A DNA stretch of 37,780 nucleotides. It comes from a virus. Lineage: Duplodnaviria > Caudoviricetes. Below are positions 18,453-28,168 of the stretch, in pieces. Location of the stretch: IMG/VR virus record IMGVR_UViG_3300021080_000003, positions 1 through 37,780 of that record; one strand, given 5' to 3'. The position numbers and the translations under genes are program-made. The notes below the pieces were generated by a model. The model did not search any database. It saw only the letters and a program-made list of their open reading frames with translations, and was not told where the DNA came from. The stretch's first letter is position 1. Every line of letters starts with the position of its first letter.

Positions 18453-19427
18453 TTAAGCCGTCGACAAATCTGCGACTTTCCCCGAGGCAGCTTCATTTCG
18501 GCTCACCACGGTATATTCGGCGAGCACCATGCGCTGGATCGAGTCTCCAGTTACCGCGAGCTGCACGGACTGGAACGGCCTCAAGTAGGCAATCGCCCAG
18601 TAGTTCATGTCGAGAACGCAAACGGTTTTATCTCGATTGAACCGGCTGGGAACCACCTTCAGAGCCCCGAAGTCCGACACATACCCATCGGCTGCTGCAA
18701 CGATCTTCGCCTGACCGCCTGCCTGCTGGAAGATGTTGTTGGTCAGAATGCCGGAGAACGATGAGACCTTCACCTTGTTGTACGGTCCAGTCAGGATCGT
18801 GTCGGGATTGCCTCCGGCGAGCCAGGCTGCTCTGATGACCGCTTTCGTGTTGGCTTCCGTCAGCGTCGCGGCAACCGAATTATCCACCGGAGCGGTGGTT
18901 CCAGTGCCGGTGACAAAGCCCACCGAAGCCGGCGAGCCGGCAGAGCCCTGAGTCGTCCAGTTGGTCGATATCCACGACTCGAGCGATGCCGATACTCTGG
19001 CCGCGGCCGTGGTGCCCACAGCATAGCCGTTGGCACCCGAAGCTGCCGCTTCCATATCGCGCTTCATCTGCAGGCCGTACTTCACGAGCTGGAAGGCCAT
19101 CTCGTTCGCCCGCCCGGCGGTGTTCACCGTTTGCGCCGTTCCGGAAATCTGGAAGGCGTACTGCGCGATCTCGGTGTAGTTGAACAGCCGCGTGGTCGGG
19201 TTGATGGTCGTGTTGGTGGGGTTATTTCCTTCAACCGCTTGGTTGGTGGCCACTGCAGCGGGAATGCGGTCGATCTCCCACTCGTGTTTGGTGTTGCGCG
19301 CCACTTCGCGCGCCGCAGAGTTCAGGAAGGGCGTCTCAGTCGGACTGATCCGATAGATCATATCCGTGAGATCTTCCCGCACCCCGATCTGCTGGTACGT
19401 GGCAAACGTACCGACGGGGTTAGCCAT
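18453..19427 (-). CDS. Major capsid protein (DUF5309/SU10-like, HK97 fold)
   Basis: G.REDLTDMIYRISPTETPF, HEW..D, EG, NYTEI, ISGT, KRDME, YVSDFG, and AYLRP motifs; follows the scaffold. Confidence 0.9.
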   Translation of the reverse strand: MANPVGTFATYQQIGVREDLTDMIYRISPTETPFLNSAAREVARNTKHEWEIDRIPAAVATNQAVEGNNPTNTTINPTTRLFNYTEIAQYAFQISGTAQTVNTAGRANEMAFQLVKYGLQMKRDMEAAASGANGYAVGTTAAARVSASLESWISTNWTTQGSAGSPASVGFVTGTGTTAPVDNSVAATLTEANTKAVIRAAWLAGGNPDTILTGPYNKVKVSSFSGILTNNIFQQAGGQAKIVAAADGYVSDFGALKVVPSRFNRDKTVCVLDMNYWAIAYLRPFQSVQLAVTGDSIQRMVLAEYTVVSRNEAASGKVADLSTA

Positions 19428-19475
19428 AAATCATCCTTTTTTGCGTCCCGTGGAGAATTTCCAGGGGCTGCGTTG

Positions 19476-20495
19476 TTAGAGTTTTCCGGACTCGATCAGC
19501 TGTCTGACGACATCGACTGCGTCGCCTCGGGTTCCGGACTTGTCCAGCCTCGCCATGCTTTCTTTCAGTTTGCTCGCGTTCGGATCGGCTTTTTCCGTGG
19601 TTCCTGGCTTTGAGACCTTGGGAACGGCGGCGATCCTCTTTTCCATTGACTTTGGCTTGGCTGCCTGATACTCGCGCCACTGGCGGGCATCGTTCAGCAC
19701 TTGTATCGCGCGCGGGTCGGTGATGGCGTTTACCTCATCGGGCTTGAATCCATACTCGTCTATTCCCGCCTTCAAGATCTTGCCGTATAGATCGTTATTC
19801 CATCCGGAGATCTTCGTGGGCAGGAGCTCTATTGCGTCGTTCGCCTGCTTTCGCATCTGCTGCTGAAGCTCAAACTGCCGGGTCTGAGCGATCTTTTGTT
19901 GCTCAGCCTGCACAGCCTGGAGCGCCTGATTGATCTCGATGCGCTTGAAGAAAAGCTTCTGCGCCTTCACCGGATCAGTCTCGGCGATCTTGCTAAGATC
20001 TGCCCCCATCGCCTCGGGATCAGCAAGTTTTAGCACTGCCTGCTTGTAGACTTCCATCTGATCCTCGTAGAGCTTTTGCCTTTGCTCAACTTCGGTCTTG
20101 ATTTTCAGACCCAGCTCCTCTTTTTCTTTGGCTAGAGCCTGGGATTTCTGCGTGTAGTCGAAACCTTGCTGCGCAAGGGCGATGACTTCGGGTTCTTCTT
20201 TTTCCAGCTCCTCGCCTTTGTATTTGAGCCTGAAGCGCCTCGGTTCCGGCGTGATTTCAGGCTGCTCGTCCTCGGGCTTGGGTGCTTCGGCCTGGGGTTC
20301 CTCCGGGACCGTTTCGGGCTTCTCCGGGGTCGCCTTGGCTTCGGCTTCTGCCTTGATAAACTTTCCGCTATCGTCTCTGGGCTGCTCGCCGGAATCGGAT
20401 TTCTCTATCATTTCGGCGATGAGCTGCACGGCTTCGTGCGGATTCAACTGCGTTAATGCGGGCTGTGTTTCCACTTGGCCTTTTACTTCTGCCAC
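19476..20495 (-). CDS. Capsid scaffolding protein
   Basis: Acidic Pro/Glu N-terminus, G.DYTQKSQALA motif, coiled coils; directly upstream of the capsid. Confidence 0.8.
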   Translation of the reverse strand: MAEVKGQVETQPALTQLNPHEAVQLIAEMIEKSDSGEQPRDDSGKFIKAEAEAKATPEKPETVPEEPQAEAPKPEDEQPEITPEPRRFRLKYKGEELEKEEPEVIALAQQGFDYTQKSQALAKEKEELGLKIKTEVEQRQKLYEDQMEVYKQAVLKLADPEAMGADLSKIAETDPVKAQKLFFKRIEINQALQAVQAEQQKIAQTRQFELQQQMRKQANDAIELLPTKISGWNNDLYGKILKAGIDEYGFKPDEVNAITDPRAIQVLNDARQWREYQAAKPKSMEKRIAAVPKVSKPGTTEKADPNASKLKESMARLDKSGTRGDAVDVVRQLIESGKL

Positions 20496-20557
20496 GGTGT
20501 GTCTCCTATGCGCTTTTTGAAAGGCGCTTTAATCTCGGGTTGGCCGCAATCGGCTCC

Positions 20558-20719
20558 CTATTTTGTGTTCTTCGTCAGAATTCCCTTGCCGCTTCCATAC
20601 CGGGACTTATCCAAAAAGGACATCTTCCCGTCCTTCGGAACGGATTTAGCTCCCAGCTTCTGATATTGCCCACTTGAAATACCCTTCGATATCGCCTTGC
20701 TATCTCCAGTGGGTTTCAT
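20558..20719 (-). CDS. Small basic protein (53 aa)
   Basis: Read by hand: MKPTGDSKAISKG...GILTKNTK; ATGA overlap with the upstream ORF. Confidence 0.5.
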   Translation of the reverse strand: MKPTGDSKAISKGISSGQYQKLGAKSVPKDGKMSFLDKSRYGSGKGILTKNTK

Positions 20720-20880
20720 TTGTAAGCGCCTTTCAGGATGCGCTCCGCATGCTCGGGGCTCGCGGCCTTGGTGCCCATTTCCCTTGTCTCGGGTTTCACG
20801 ATGTACTTATGCTGGGAAAGCTTCGATTCGGGTTTCGTCTCGTAGCTTTTCTTGTCGTGTCTGTGCGCGGTGACTGCCAT
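20716..20880 (-). CDS. Small basic protein (54 aa)
   Basis: Read by hand: MAVTAHRHDKKSYETKPE...ILKGAYK; strong RBS TAAGGAG. Confidence 0.55.
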   Translation of the reverse strand: MAVTAHRHDKKSYETKPESKLSQHKYIVKPETREMGTKAASPEHAERILKGAYK

Positions 20881-20890
20881 AAAATTCTCC

Positions 20891-21109
20891 TTATCTGTGA
20901 TGTTTCGCGAGATGCTTCATTGCATGGCTGACCGAGCTGTGGTTGAAGCCCTCCAGGGTCTCGGCAAGCCGTGCTCTTTTGCCCTCAACGCCGCCCGCCT
21001 TGGCGGCTCTTGCGAGTTTCGATTGAGGAATCTTTTGTCCCTGGGGAACACCCAACTCCTTGTGAAGCGCCCCGGGGTGCTTGATCGCACCGGCGATCCA
21101 CTTAGCCAT
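20891..21109 (-). CDS. Conserved small basic phage protein
   Basis: KWIAGAIKHPGALHKELGVP.G.KIP..KL..AA...G..GKRARLAETL, a recurrent phage head-region protein; RBS AGGAG. Confidence 0.7.
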   Translation of the reverse strand: MAKWIAGAIKHPGALHKELGVPQGQKIPQSKLARAAKAGGVEGKRARLAETLEGFNHSSVSHAMKHLAKHHR

Positions 21110-21386
21110 AGATCCTCTCCTTTATTTTCTCCGCGATGCTCTGCCTTCTCAATTCCTCTTCGGCCAGCTCCCCGGTCTCGATGTGGGTCCTTAGCTGGCT
21201 CACTATCCCATAAAGGAGGCAGTACTGCTGGCAGAGCTTCTCCCTCAATTCCGCATCCTTGAAGGCGGACTGGCGGATCCCCAGGAGAAGGGCTTCTTCA
21301 AGAGCCTTCACCGCTTCCTTGAAAGTCTCGCTTTCCAGAATCTCGCGGGCTTTGCCTGCGCGCCTTATTTCCTCTGCTTCATTCAT
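21102..21386 (-). CDS. Conserved helical phage protein of the portal-scaffold interval
   Basis: MNEAEEIRRAGKAREILESETFKEA...LRTHIETGELA; overlaps both neighbours. Confidence 0.65.
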   Translation of the reverse strand: MNEAEEIRRAGKAREILESETFKEAVKALEEALLLGIRQSAFKDAELREKLCQQYCLLYGIVSQLRTHIETGELAEEELRRQSIAEKIKERIYG

Positions 21387-23857
21387 GAGAAAAGAATCCT
21401 GAAGTCATCGTCTTCGTCTTCGTGCAGAGCAAGTCTTATGTTCCTGAATAGTCCAAGGGTGTCCGTGTAGTCCTCCTCAAGCCCGTGGACTTGTACTTTC
21501 ACCTCTTCGAGCTGCTCGGTAAGCTTCCAGTACCTGGCGAGGATTCCCTCGGGAGGAGACTTTTTGCCGGCGAGTTTTTTCTCTACTTTTAGCTTATCAG
21601 CCTGGAGTGTCTTTTCTTTCTTGCCCGCTACATAAAGCTCGCGCTTAAGCTCATTGAGCCTGAACTTGGCAAGGACGTGGTCCTTCCAGGTGATCTCGCC
21701 TGCGCCTCCGATGACGACAGTGGGCGGCGGAATACCGGTAACATTAAGTGTCGCTAGATAACCGCGCAGCGTGCTGACGCTGCTGCCACTATTGGTGATG
21801 AGATTGCCATTGCCGCCGACTGAATCCTCATACCCTTGAGTGTTTTGGTGGACGCCATCCGCAGTCTCAAAGGCTGGCGTGCCGTTTGCGAACCACTTCC
21901 AATAGAGCGCATTCGCCGGATTGTTATTCAAACGAGTTGCGTCTAGCGAGAAGTATGAAAGATCGGTCGTTACGAGAGCGCGCATCGCGGCTTCGAAGGT
22001 GTCAGCAAGCTGTCCAACACCCCAATTTGCTGCTAGAGTTTGATCGGTTCCATCTGCGAGTGTCCAAGCTCCCGTCGTTCTTGCCGTCAGGCTGAGGCGA
22101 ATGATTTTCTGTAATCCATTTGCCCGCATTTGAGCGTGTATGGCTATAGATGCGGCAGCATTTAGATTGTTCGTACCGTACGCTTCCAAGCCATATTTTA
22201 CGTACTGTAAATACGTCGTCAATTTTGAAGAACCTGTCGCCCAGTCCGCAGCGACGCCAGAGGGACAACCAAAGTTGAGACCAGCGGTTAGATTATTCGC
22301 CACTCCAGCATTCGGATACAGCATTCGTGACAGCCCAACCGCTCCAACATTAGGACTGGTGCCCAAGTCGCCTACCCCTTGCGTTTTGCTATCTCCAGCC
22401 AGCGCCACAGTAGCTGGGTTGCCGCTGACAAACCTGCCGAGAACGATTGGAGACTCTCTGCCGGCAACAATAAAGTCGGTGTTGAAAACACCTCCAACAA
22501 TGTTGCCGTCATTAAAAAAGTTTTGAGTAGTGACGAAATTTGTGACACTCACAACAGCAGGGTTGTAGGCAATGCAAAAGTCATCACCTGTGGTAGTTAT
22601 GGCTTGTACGTTTGCATGCTTTGCTATGGATGAATCTGCGTACTCTCTGATTTCTTTGACGTCAACGGTCGAGTCTCGCGCAAAGCTAGAAACGCTGAAC
22701 TGCGCAGGCAGCAGCGCGTCGCACTGTATGTCTGTGTCGCCGCTGGCTATAACCTTTGTGTTACCGCCAGAGAATTTCGCCTGGACAGCAATCCCGTTGT
22801 GGCAAACTACTACTCCGATGATCGTATAGCCGCCATTAGATACAGCTACCGCACCGACATTGGGGCTAAGAGAATTGCATGTCCAGCTCAGGACAAGGTC
22901 AGAACGCGCGCCGCTGCCGATCCAGTGCCGAGACATGCATGCCTTACGCGATGCGCCACTCCCAGATGAAGGAACTGCAAAAGTTACGGCATCGCCTTGG
23001 GGGAAGACCTCATTCGCACAGGCGATACGCAATGTAGTAGCTGTGACTGTGAAGCTGCCCACACTCGCTCCGGTGCCATCTGGCGTGGTGACGGCAATTA
23101 CTCCAGTCGTCGCGCCTACCGGCACCGTAGCGGTAATCTGGATGGAAGAATCCACAACGAAACTTGCGCTCACGCCGTTAAACGTCACGGAAGTAGCGCC
23201 AGTGAAATAAGTACCTGCAATTACTACACTCGATCCAACCCTGCCGCTCGTCGGCAGGAAACTCGTGACCGCGGGCGGGAGTATTGCCGAGTCGGTCGTC
23301 AGAAAGTTGTCTACATCGACCTGGACGTAAGAGCCATCCGTGTACGAAAACAGCCCGTGCTTCGTCACCGAGTTGTTGAAACTGGACGTAAAATTGCAGC
23401 TTTCTCCGGTGTTCGCGCTGAGCGTTATAGAGTTACCTGAAGCTACGACGGTCAGCGTTACCGTTGTTCCGGCTGGAGGTGCTGCGAAAGCCTGGCTAGC
23501 GCGCGGCGTGAAAACGCCAGACTGGTTATCCGAGATTACAAGCCGTGCCGTTGCGCCGTTGTCATCGCTCTGGATATAGCCGGCCCAAAAATCGGTGCTC
23601 GCGCTCGCGCGCAGCAATGCCCCGGACACCATGTTTCCGCTGGCTGGAACTACAACATCCAGCGTTACAGTGACGTCCGCATTGCCAGCGTCCGATGAGT
23701 AAGGGCCGTTACCACTAGCAGCATCAGGACGCGCTCTATTACCTTGAATCTTGACTGGGGTGTTCAAGTTCGTCCACCCCGGCCCGACGTTCATCGTGTG
23801 AGCCGTGAGATCCGTGCCATTGGCACCGGTGAACGAATCTTGTAGTAGCGTACTCAC
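21383..23857 (-). CDS. Multidomain putative virion accessory protein (lectin-like + IPT/TIG + SGNH hydrolase + C-terminal coiled coil)
   Basis: IPT motif PAVTSFLPTSG.VG..V.I.G..F..AT.V.FNG...ITATVP.GATTG.I.VTT; SGNH block I (LAGDSKTQG), block III (GTNN) and block V (DGVH). Confidence 0.65.
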   Translation of the reverse strand: MSTLLQDSFTGANGTDLTAHTMNVGPGWTNLNTPVKIQGNRARPDAASGNGPYSSDAGNADVTVTLDVVVPASGNMVSGALLRASASTDFWAGYIQSDDNGATARLVISDNQSGVFTPRASQAFAAPPAGTTVTLTVVASGNSITLSANTGESCNFTSSFNNSVTKHGLFSYTDGSYVQVDVDNFLTTDSAILPPAVTSFLPTSGRVGSSVVIAGTYFTGATSVTFNGVSASFVVDSSIQITATVPVGATTGVIAVTTPDGTGASVGSFTVTATTLRIACANEVFPQGDAVTFAVPSSGSGASRKACMSRHWIGSGARSDLVLSWTCNSLSPNVGAVAVSNGGYTIIGVVVCHNGIAVQAKFSGGNTKVIASGDTDIQCDALLPAQFSVSSFARDSTVDVKEIREYADSSIAKHANVQAITTTGDDFCIAYNPAVVSVTNFVTTQNFFNDGNIVGGVFNTDFIVAGRESPIVLGRFVSGNPATVALAGDSKTQGVGDLGTSPNVGAVGLSRMLYPNAGVANNLTAGLNFGCPSGVAADWATGSSKLTTYLQYVKYGLEAYGTNNLNAAASIAIHAQMRANGLQKIIRLSLTARTTGAWTLADGTDQTLAANWGVGQLADTFEAAMRALVTTDLSYFSLDATRLNNNPANALYWKWFANGTPAFETADGVHQNTQGYEDSVGGNGNLITNSGSSVSTLRGYLATLNVTGIPPPTVVIGGAGEITWKDHVLAKFRLNELKRELYVAGKKEKTLQADKLKVEKKLAGKKSPPEGILARYWKLTEQLEEVKVQVHGLEEDYTDTLGLFRNIRLALHEDEDDDFRILFS

Positions 23858-23928
23858 CAGATATTCCTATGCCGGAGAAGCTAACATGCCGGCGGGCGGC
23901 TCCCAGTGTTCGTAGGGGCCGAGATAGA

Positions 23929-26256
23929 TCATCTCAATGCTCCATCACTTCCCACTGGCCCGGACCTTGCTTGTTCGAGTACCTTGCTGACCGTTCGCTT
24001 GATCTTGCCTTTCTCGTCGCGCGCGGCGACTTCGGTCTCCCGCGGAGCGAGGATCGCCTCGTGGACCATCTGCAAGTGCTTGTGAATGGCTTTCTGGCTT
24101 TCAAGAAGGGAATTGACTTTGCCTTGCAGCAGGATGTTTTCCCCGTCGGCCGCATGTTCTTCTCGCCCGAGTCTCAGGTCGGTTAGTTTTTCCGTAAGCA
24201 GGTTTTGTTGCTCGGAGGCGAGTTCCAGGACGTGCTTTGCAATGTCCACGTTGCTGTCGTTCGTCTGGCGCATGTTCTGGGCCATCTCCTGGAACTTGAC
24301 GATGTCGGCCTCAAGTTTCTGCCTCATCTGCTCGAGGGCCGAGTCCACCATGAGCTTGTGATCTTTTTGCTGCGCGCTCATCTGCTGTTTTTCCTGCTGC
24401 AACTGGAGCTTCAGGAGCTCGGGGTTGGGTTGTGGTTGTGGCGGAGGCAGGCTCGTGGGGTCGTTGAACATCGCGTCCGCGTCCTTGGGAAACACCGCCT
24501 TTGCATAGCGGTGGGCGGCGTGATAGATGTTTTTTTCAGTCACCGTTCTATTTCCAAGGCCTGCGGCGAGCATCCCCTTTTGGATCTCCATGATCCCCAT
24601 GGCCCCCTGCAGGATCGTCTGCTGAGAGCCCGTGCCAAGGCCCACGGTGACGGTCATGTTGAAGCGGTTTTTCCATTCTCTGGGGTCTACGGGAATCCAG
24701 GTTCCCCTTAGCTTCACCATCTGGGGCTTATCCTGGTGCTTTGAGACGAGTTCCAGGATCTTCCAGAAGATCTCCTTCACCGGACCCTCGGCCAATATCC
24801 TCGCCATCAAGTTGATTCTTTCAAGGGCCGCGCTCTTGTAGTTGTCCACGAACGCGGCTTTCGCGTTGATGGCGTCGGGGTCCACCGCGTTAGGAAAGTC
24901 TGTAACCCCGACCCTGTTTTGCTTGACCTTGCTCAGGTACTCAAGAAGGCCGTAGGCGGGGGGGCCCAAAACCTGGGTGGGCAGGGGCTGGACCGCACCC
25001 ATGGCTTTCACCCTGATGATCCCTCCAGGGCGGCTTGTCAGGAGATCAGACATGTTCACCATGCCCTCGAGGACCACTTTCCTTTCGTTATTGGCGAGGT
25101 AGGTGTTGTCGAAGATGTTCCTCAGGAGAGTCGAGCTTTGCAGCTGGATGTCTCCCACCAGATCGTGGATCGACAGGCCGTAGTGCTTGTGGGGCATCAC
25201 AATGGCCGTGCCGCCGATGACAGGGAGGCTGTCGAATTCCTCGTTGTCGAAGATGGTCTTGCCGATCTTGGAGACTTTCCGAAGTTCCGCTATCCCGTCC
25301 CCGTCGTAATCGACTTTGACATAAGCTTCGCAGAACCAGACTCGTTTGGTGGAGGGATCTGCGTTGTCGGAGTCCTGCCGGTAGGCCAGGGCATCGTCGA
25401 ATTTAAGCCTTTCCACCCTTTCCAGGTTGAAGTCCGCATTCGGGGCGTAATCGGCGATATCGTCTGGGACTGTGAAGCCCATCTCGCGAATCTCGGAGAG
25501 GGTCTTCAGGGTTCTGTGCTCGACGAATCTCGCCTTGGTGAGCTCGTTGGGGGTTTCCCGGCTGATGAGCACTTCTTCGGGAGGCAAGGGGTCGATACAC
25601 ACTCCCTTATGCCTTGCGGTCCTTCTGAATAATGCGTCATGAAGCTTGGCCACGGGAAGCTGCGCGATTTTGGCGTCCAGGAGCTGCTTCTGAACACCCT
25701 GCGCCTGCAGTTGCCGCGCCTGCATCTGAATCTGCTGCATCGCTTGCTCGTCTGGCTTTTCCGTGTGCTCGAGAAGCTCGAGCTCCTCATCGCTCATTAG
25801 GGAGGCGAACTGATTGTCGTCCAGGTCCTGGTAGGTCTCCTTCGACTGTTCCTGGTAGTCTTCCCAGTAAACTTTTACGTAGCCGTTTTTCTGGAGGAGG
25901 GCGTCTTTGAAAAGGCAGTACAGGGCTAAAAACCCGTTATTGAGCCGCGAGAAGATATAGTTGATGTAGTCGGTGGCCTGCTGGGCGAGGGCTTCGTCTT
26001 CGGGACGTTGCGCTTCAAATCGCACGATCTCGTCGGTGGAGGTGAAGATCGCCATGAGGGAGGGCAGGATTCCCTCCACCGCGTCCTTGACCTCGGTGGT
26101 AACGACCTGTGAGCGGCCCTCGACCTCGTTGCCGTAGGGCTGTCCATAGTAGTACTGCATCGCTTTTCTGCGCTGCTCTGAGAGGAGCGAGGTGTAATGG
26201 ACAATGCAGTTTGCCTCCTCGCGCTCGACATGCGCGAGAAGTTCGTCCTGGTTCAA
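23929..26256 (-). CDS. Portal protein
   Basis: TTG at 26256 after AGGAG; YYYG.PYGNEVEGRSQVV...V.D.VE..LPSLM.IF, FKDALLQKNG.VKVYW, DYDGDGIAELRKV; long Gln-rich C-terminal barrel; follows TerL. Confidence 0.92.
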   Translation of the reverse strand: MNQDELLAHVEREEANCIVHYTSLLSEQRRKAMQYYYGQPYGNEVEGRSQVVTTEVKDAVEGILPSLMAIFTSTDEIVRFEAQRPEDEALAQQATDYINYIFSRLNNGFLALYCLFKDALLQKNGYVKVYWEDYQEQSKETYQDLDDNQFASLMSDEELELLEHTEKPDEQAMQQIQMQARQLQAQGVQKQLLDAKIAQLPVAKLHDALFRRTARHKGVCIDPLPPEEVLISRETPNELTKARFVEHRTLKTLSEIREMGFTVPDDIADYAPNADFNLERVERLKFDDALAYRQDSDNADPSTKRVWFCEAYVKVDYDGDGIAELRKVSKIGKTIFDNEEFDSLPVIGGTAIVMPHKHYGLSIHDLVGDIQLQSSTLLRNIFDNTYLANNERKVVLEGMVNMSDLLTSRPGGIIRVKAMGAVQPLPTQVLGPPAYGLLEYLSKVKQNRVGVTDFPNAVDPDAINAKAAFVDNYKSAALERINLMARILAEGPVKEIFWKILELVSKHQDKPQMVKLRGTWIPVDPREWKNRFNMTVTVGLGTGSQQTILQGAMGIMEIQKGMLAAGLGNRTVTEKNIYHAAHRYAKAVFPKDADAMFNDPTSLPPPQPQPNPELLKLQLQQEKQQMSAQQKDHKLMVDSALEQMRQKLEADIVKFQEMAQNMRQTNDSNVDIAKHVLELASEQQNLLTEKLTDLRLGREEHAADGENILLQGKVNSLLESQKAIHKHLQMVHEAILAPRETEVAARDEKGKIKRTVSKVLEQARSGPVGSDGALR

Positions 26257-26282
26257 ATTCTTAGCTCCTAGACGATCCCGGG

Positions 26283-27713
26283 TTAGATATAGCCATGCTT
26301 TTCCGGGTACTTGATGGGCGCGGACCACTCGGCGCCCAAGTTCATGTTAAGGCTATGCAGCGCCGCGTACTGAACGGCATCGGCCAGGTGGCTGAAGTCG
26401 TTCTTGTCGGGGATGTCGCGGTAGCGCTCCTCACCGACCAACTGGATTCTTTTGTACTGGTATCTGCCGTTGAATCCCCTGCGGATCATGTCGGCCCTGG
26501 GGTCGACCATCAGGGCCGGCTGAGCGTCGATCATTCTGGTGAGGTACTTGGCGACCGCCTCGCGCCTACCGATGAATGAATTGGTCGAAGCAGGCGAGCA
26601 GGCGATGCCCTCCTGGGCGAGCTCCATGAAGCAGGTCTTCTCGTCGGTATCGCTTCTACTCATCCCCGCCGGGTCTCCACAGGCCTGGAAGCCGTAGCCG
26701 TGATAGTTGAGGGCGAGATGGGGTCTCACGATGTCGCGCGCAAACTGCCTGATGCCCATGTCTTTTGCAAAGAGCTCGTCCAGGATGAGGAACTGCCCCC
26801 TGGGAGAGATCTGGCAGATGGCGCAAGCTGGAGTCAGGCCGTAGTCGAAGCCAAGGAGAAGCGGTAGTTCCGGATAGGGTTTCGTGGGCCTGCAGTGGAT
26901 GTCGTCGTTCCACTCTGGATAAACAGGTCTGCCTTCGGTGATGCTTCCATACTGTGCGAGGATGAAGACCTTGATCCAGTCCCTGGATTTCCCCGGAAGC
27001 TGCCTGAAATAATACTCGTAGCCGCTTTTAAGGTTGGGGATGTTCTCAGCTAAGGGATTAGGCTCGTAATTGTCCCTGGCGTTATGGTCGCCCCCCTTAA
27101 AAGTGAGCGCCCCGGGTTGTTTATGGACGCTCCAGCCCTCGGGTTTTTGTTTTTCGAAGATTCGATAGGCCCAGTGGTCGTCGTCCGGAAAGTTGGAATC
27201 CAGGACGATTCCCGACCAACTAGGCCCTCCCAGGGACATCTTCGGGAACCTGTCCACCCGCTGGGTGAGCATGTCAAAGACCGCTTTAGCGACTTCGGAG
27301 GCCTCGTTGATCCAGGCCCCTGTTAACTCGAGGGACCTTAGCTTTCCCACTTCCTCGGGTCTATCCAAAGGGAAGAAAAGCACCTCCGCCTCGACCCTCG
27401 TTCCATCAGGTAGTGGTAGCCTCATCCAACTAGTAATCGGAGAGTCCCACCTCATCTCGGCAAACGGAAACCACTCAGACCAGGTCTTAATGGTCGTGGA
27501 CTTCAACTCCGGAAAGGTGTTCCTCACCACTGCCCATCTGGACCTACGGATGCCCTGGTGAGCCTTTTGCTCGCACGCCCTCGTAAATAACTCAATGCAG
27601 CAGGCAGAGCTCTTCGAACTGCCTACGGGCCCCTCGAGCAGCCTGACAAAATCATTGGACCTGTGAAACTCCTGCACCACCGCACCCGCGGGAACGTAAT
27701 CAATGCTGTCCAA
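26283..27713 (-). CDS. terL: Terminase large subunit
   Basis: Walker A GPVGSSKS, VVRNTFPEL, Walker B GAWINEA, nuclease GFDYGLTPA, GDPAG, and SHLADAVQY. Confidence 0.95.
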   Translation of the reverse strand: MDSIDYVPAGAVVQEFHRSNDFVRLLEGPVGSSKSSACCIELFTRACEQKAHQGIRRSRWAVVRNTFPELKSTTIKTWSEWFPFAEMRWDSPITSWMRLPLPDGTRVEAEVLFFPLDRPEEVGKLRSLELTGAWINEASEVAKAVFDMLTQRVDRFPKMSLGGPSWSGIVLDSNFPDDDHWAYRIFEKQKPEGWSVHKQPGALTFKGGDHNARDNYEPNPLAENIPNLKSGYEYYFRQLPGKSRDWIKVFILAQYGSITEGRPVYPEWNDDIHCRPTKPYPELPLLLGFDYGLTPACAICQISPRGQFLILDELFAKDMGIRQFARDIVRPHLALNYHGYGFQACGDPAGMSRSDTDEKTCFMELAQEGIACSPASTNSFIGRREAVAKYLTRMIDAQPALMVDPRADMIRRGFNGRYQYKRIQLVGEERYRDIPDKNDFSHLADAVQYAALHSLNMNLGAEWSAPIKYPEKHGYI

Positions 27714-27984
27714 GCCGCTTCTTCTCCCGATCCTTCCTCATCCACTCGCGCTGGTAGGCGTTATAAGCCTCCCGAGTCCGGCGATTCGCCGTCCTTGAAC
27801 CTGCGCTACTTGACCTGCCAACCACTTTATCCGGCTCAATCACTTCAGAGCAACCAACCTTCCGATCAGCGTTAGTCGCCGGCCCGTTAGTCGCAATTGT
27901 GTTAGTCGCAACCTTGTTAGTCGCAAACCGGTGTCCCTGATACGTCTCGTGCCTATCACCGCATATTCCACACAATGGCTTCAT
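27700..27984 (-). CDS. Hypothetical protein with CxxC-H start and ATN repeats
   Basis: RBS TGAGG; C-terminal REAYNAYQREWMRK.R motif common in small phage proteins. Confidence 0.6.
   Translation of the reverse strand: MKPLCGICGDRHETYQGHRFATNKVATNTIATNGPATNADRKVGCSEVIEPDKVVGRSSSAGSRTANRRTREAYNAYQREWMRKDREKKRLGQH
27871..27924. repeat. Four exact GTTAGTCGC 9-mers at 15-bp period
   Basis: Copies start at 27871, 27886, 27901 and 27916 with variable 6-nt spacers. Confidence 0.9.
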
Positions 27985-28168
27985 AAAACCTCACTGAGCG
28001 CGCGGGGGAGGTCCCAGCTCTAGGATCCCCCGCCGGAGGTCTGTTTCTCTCCCAGGAGGGAGGGGTCGGACTAAGGAATCTCTTTCTGGGCGCCGAAGCA
28101 TGCTTTCGGCATTTGACATAATGACTATTGAAGATCCCGCGACGCAGCAACCGCATTAAATCAATGCG

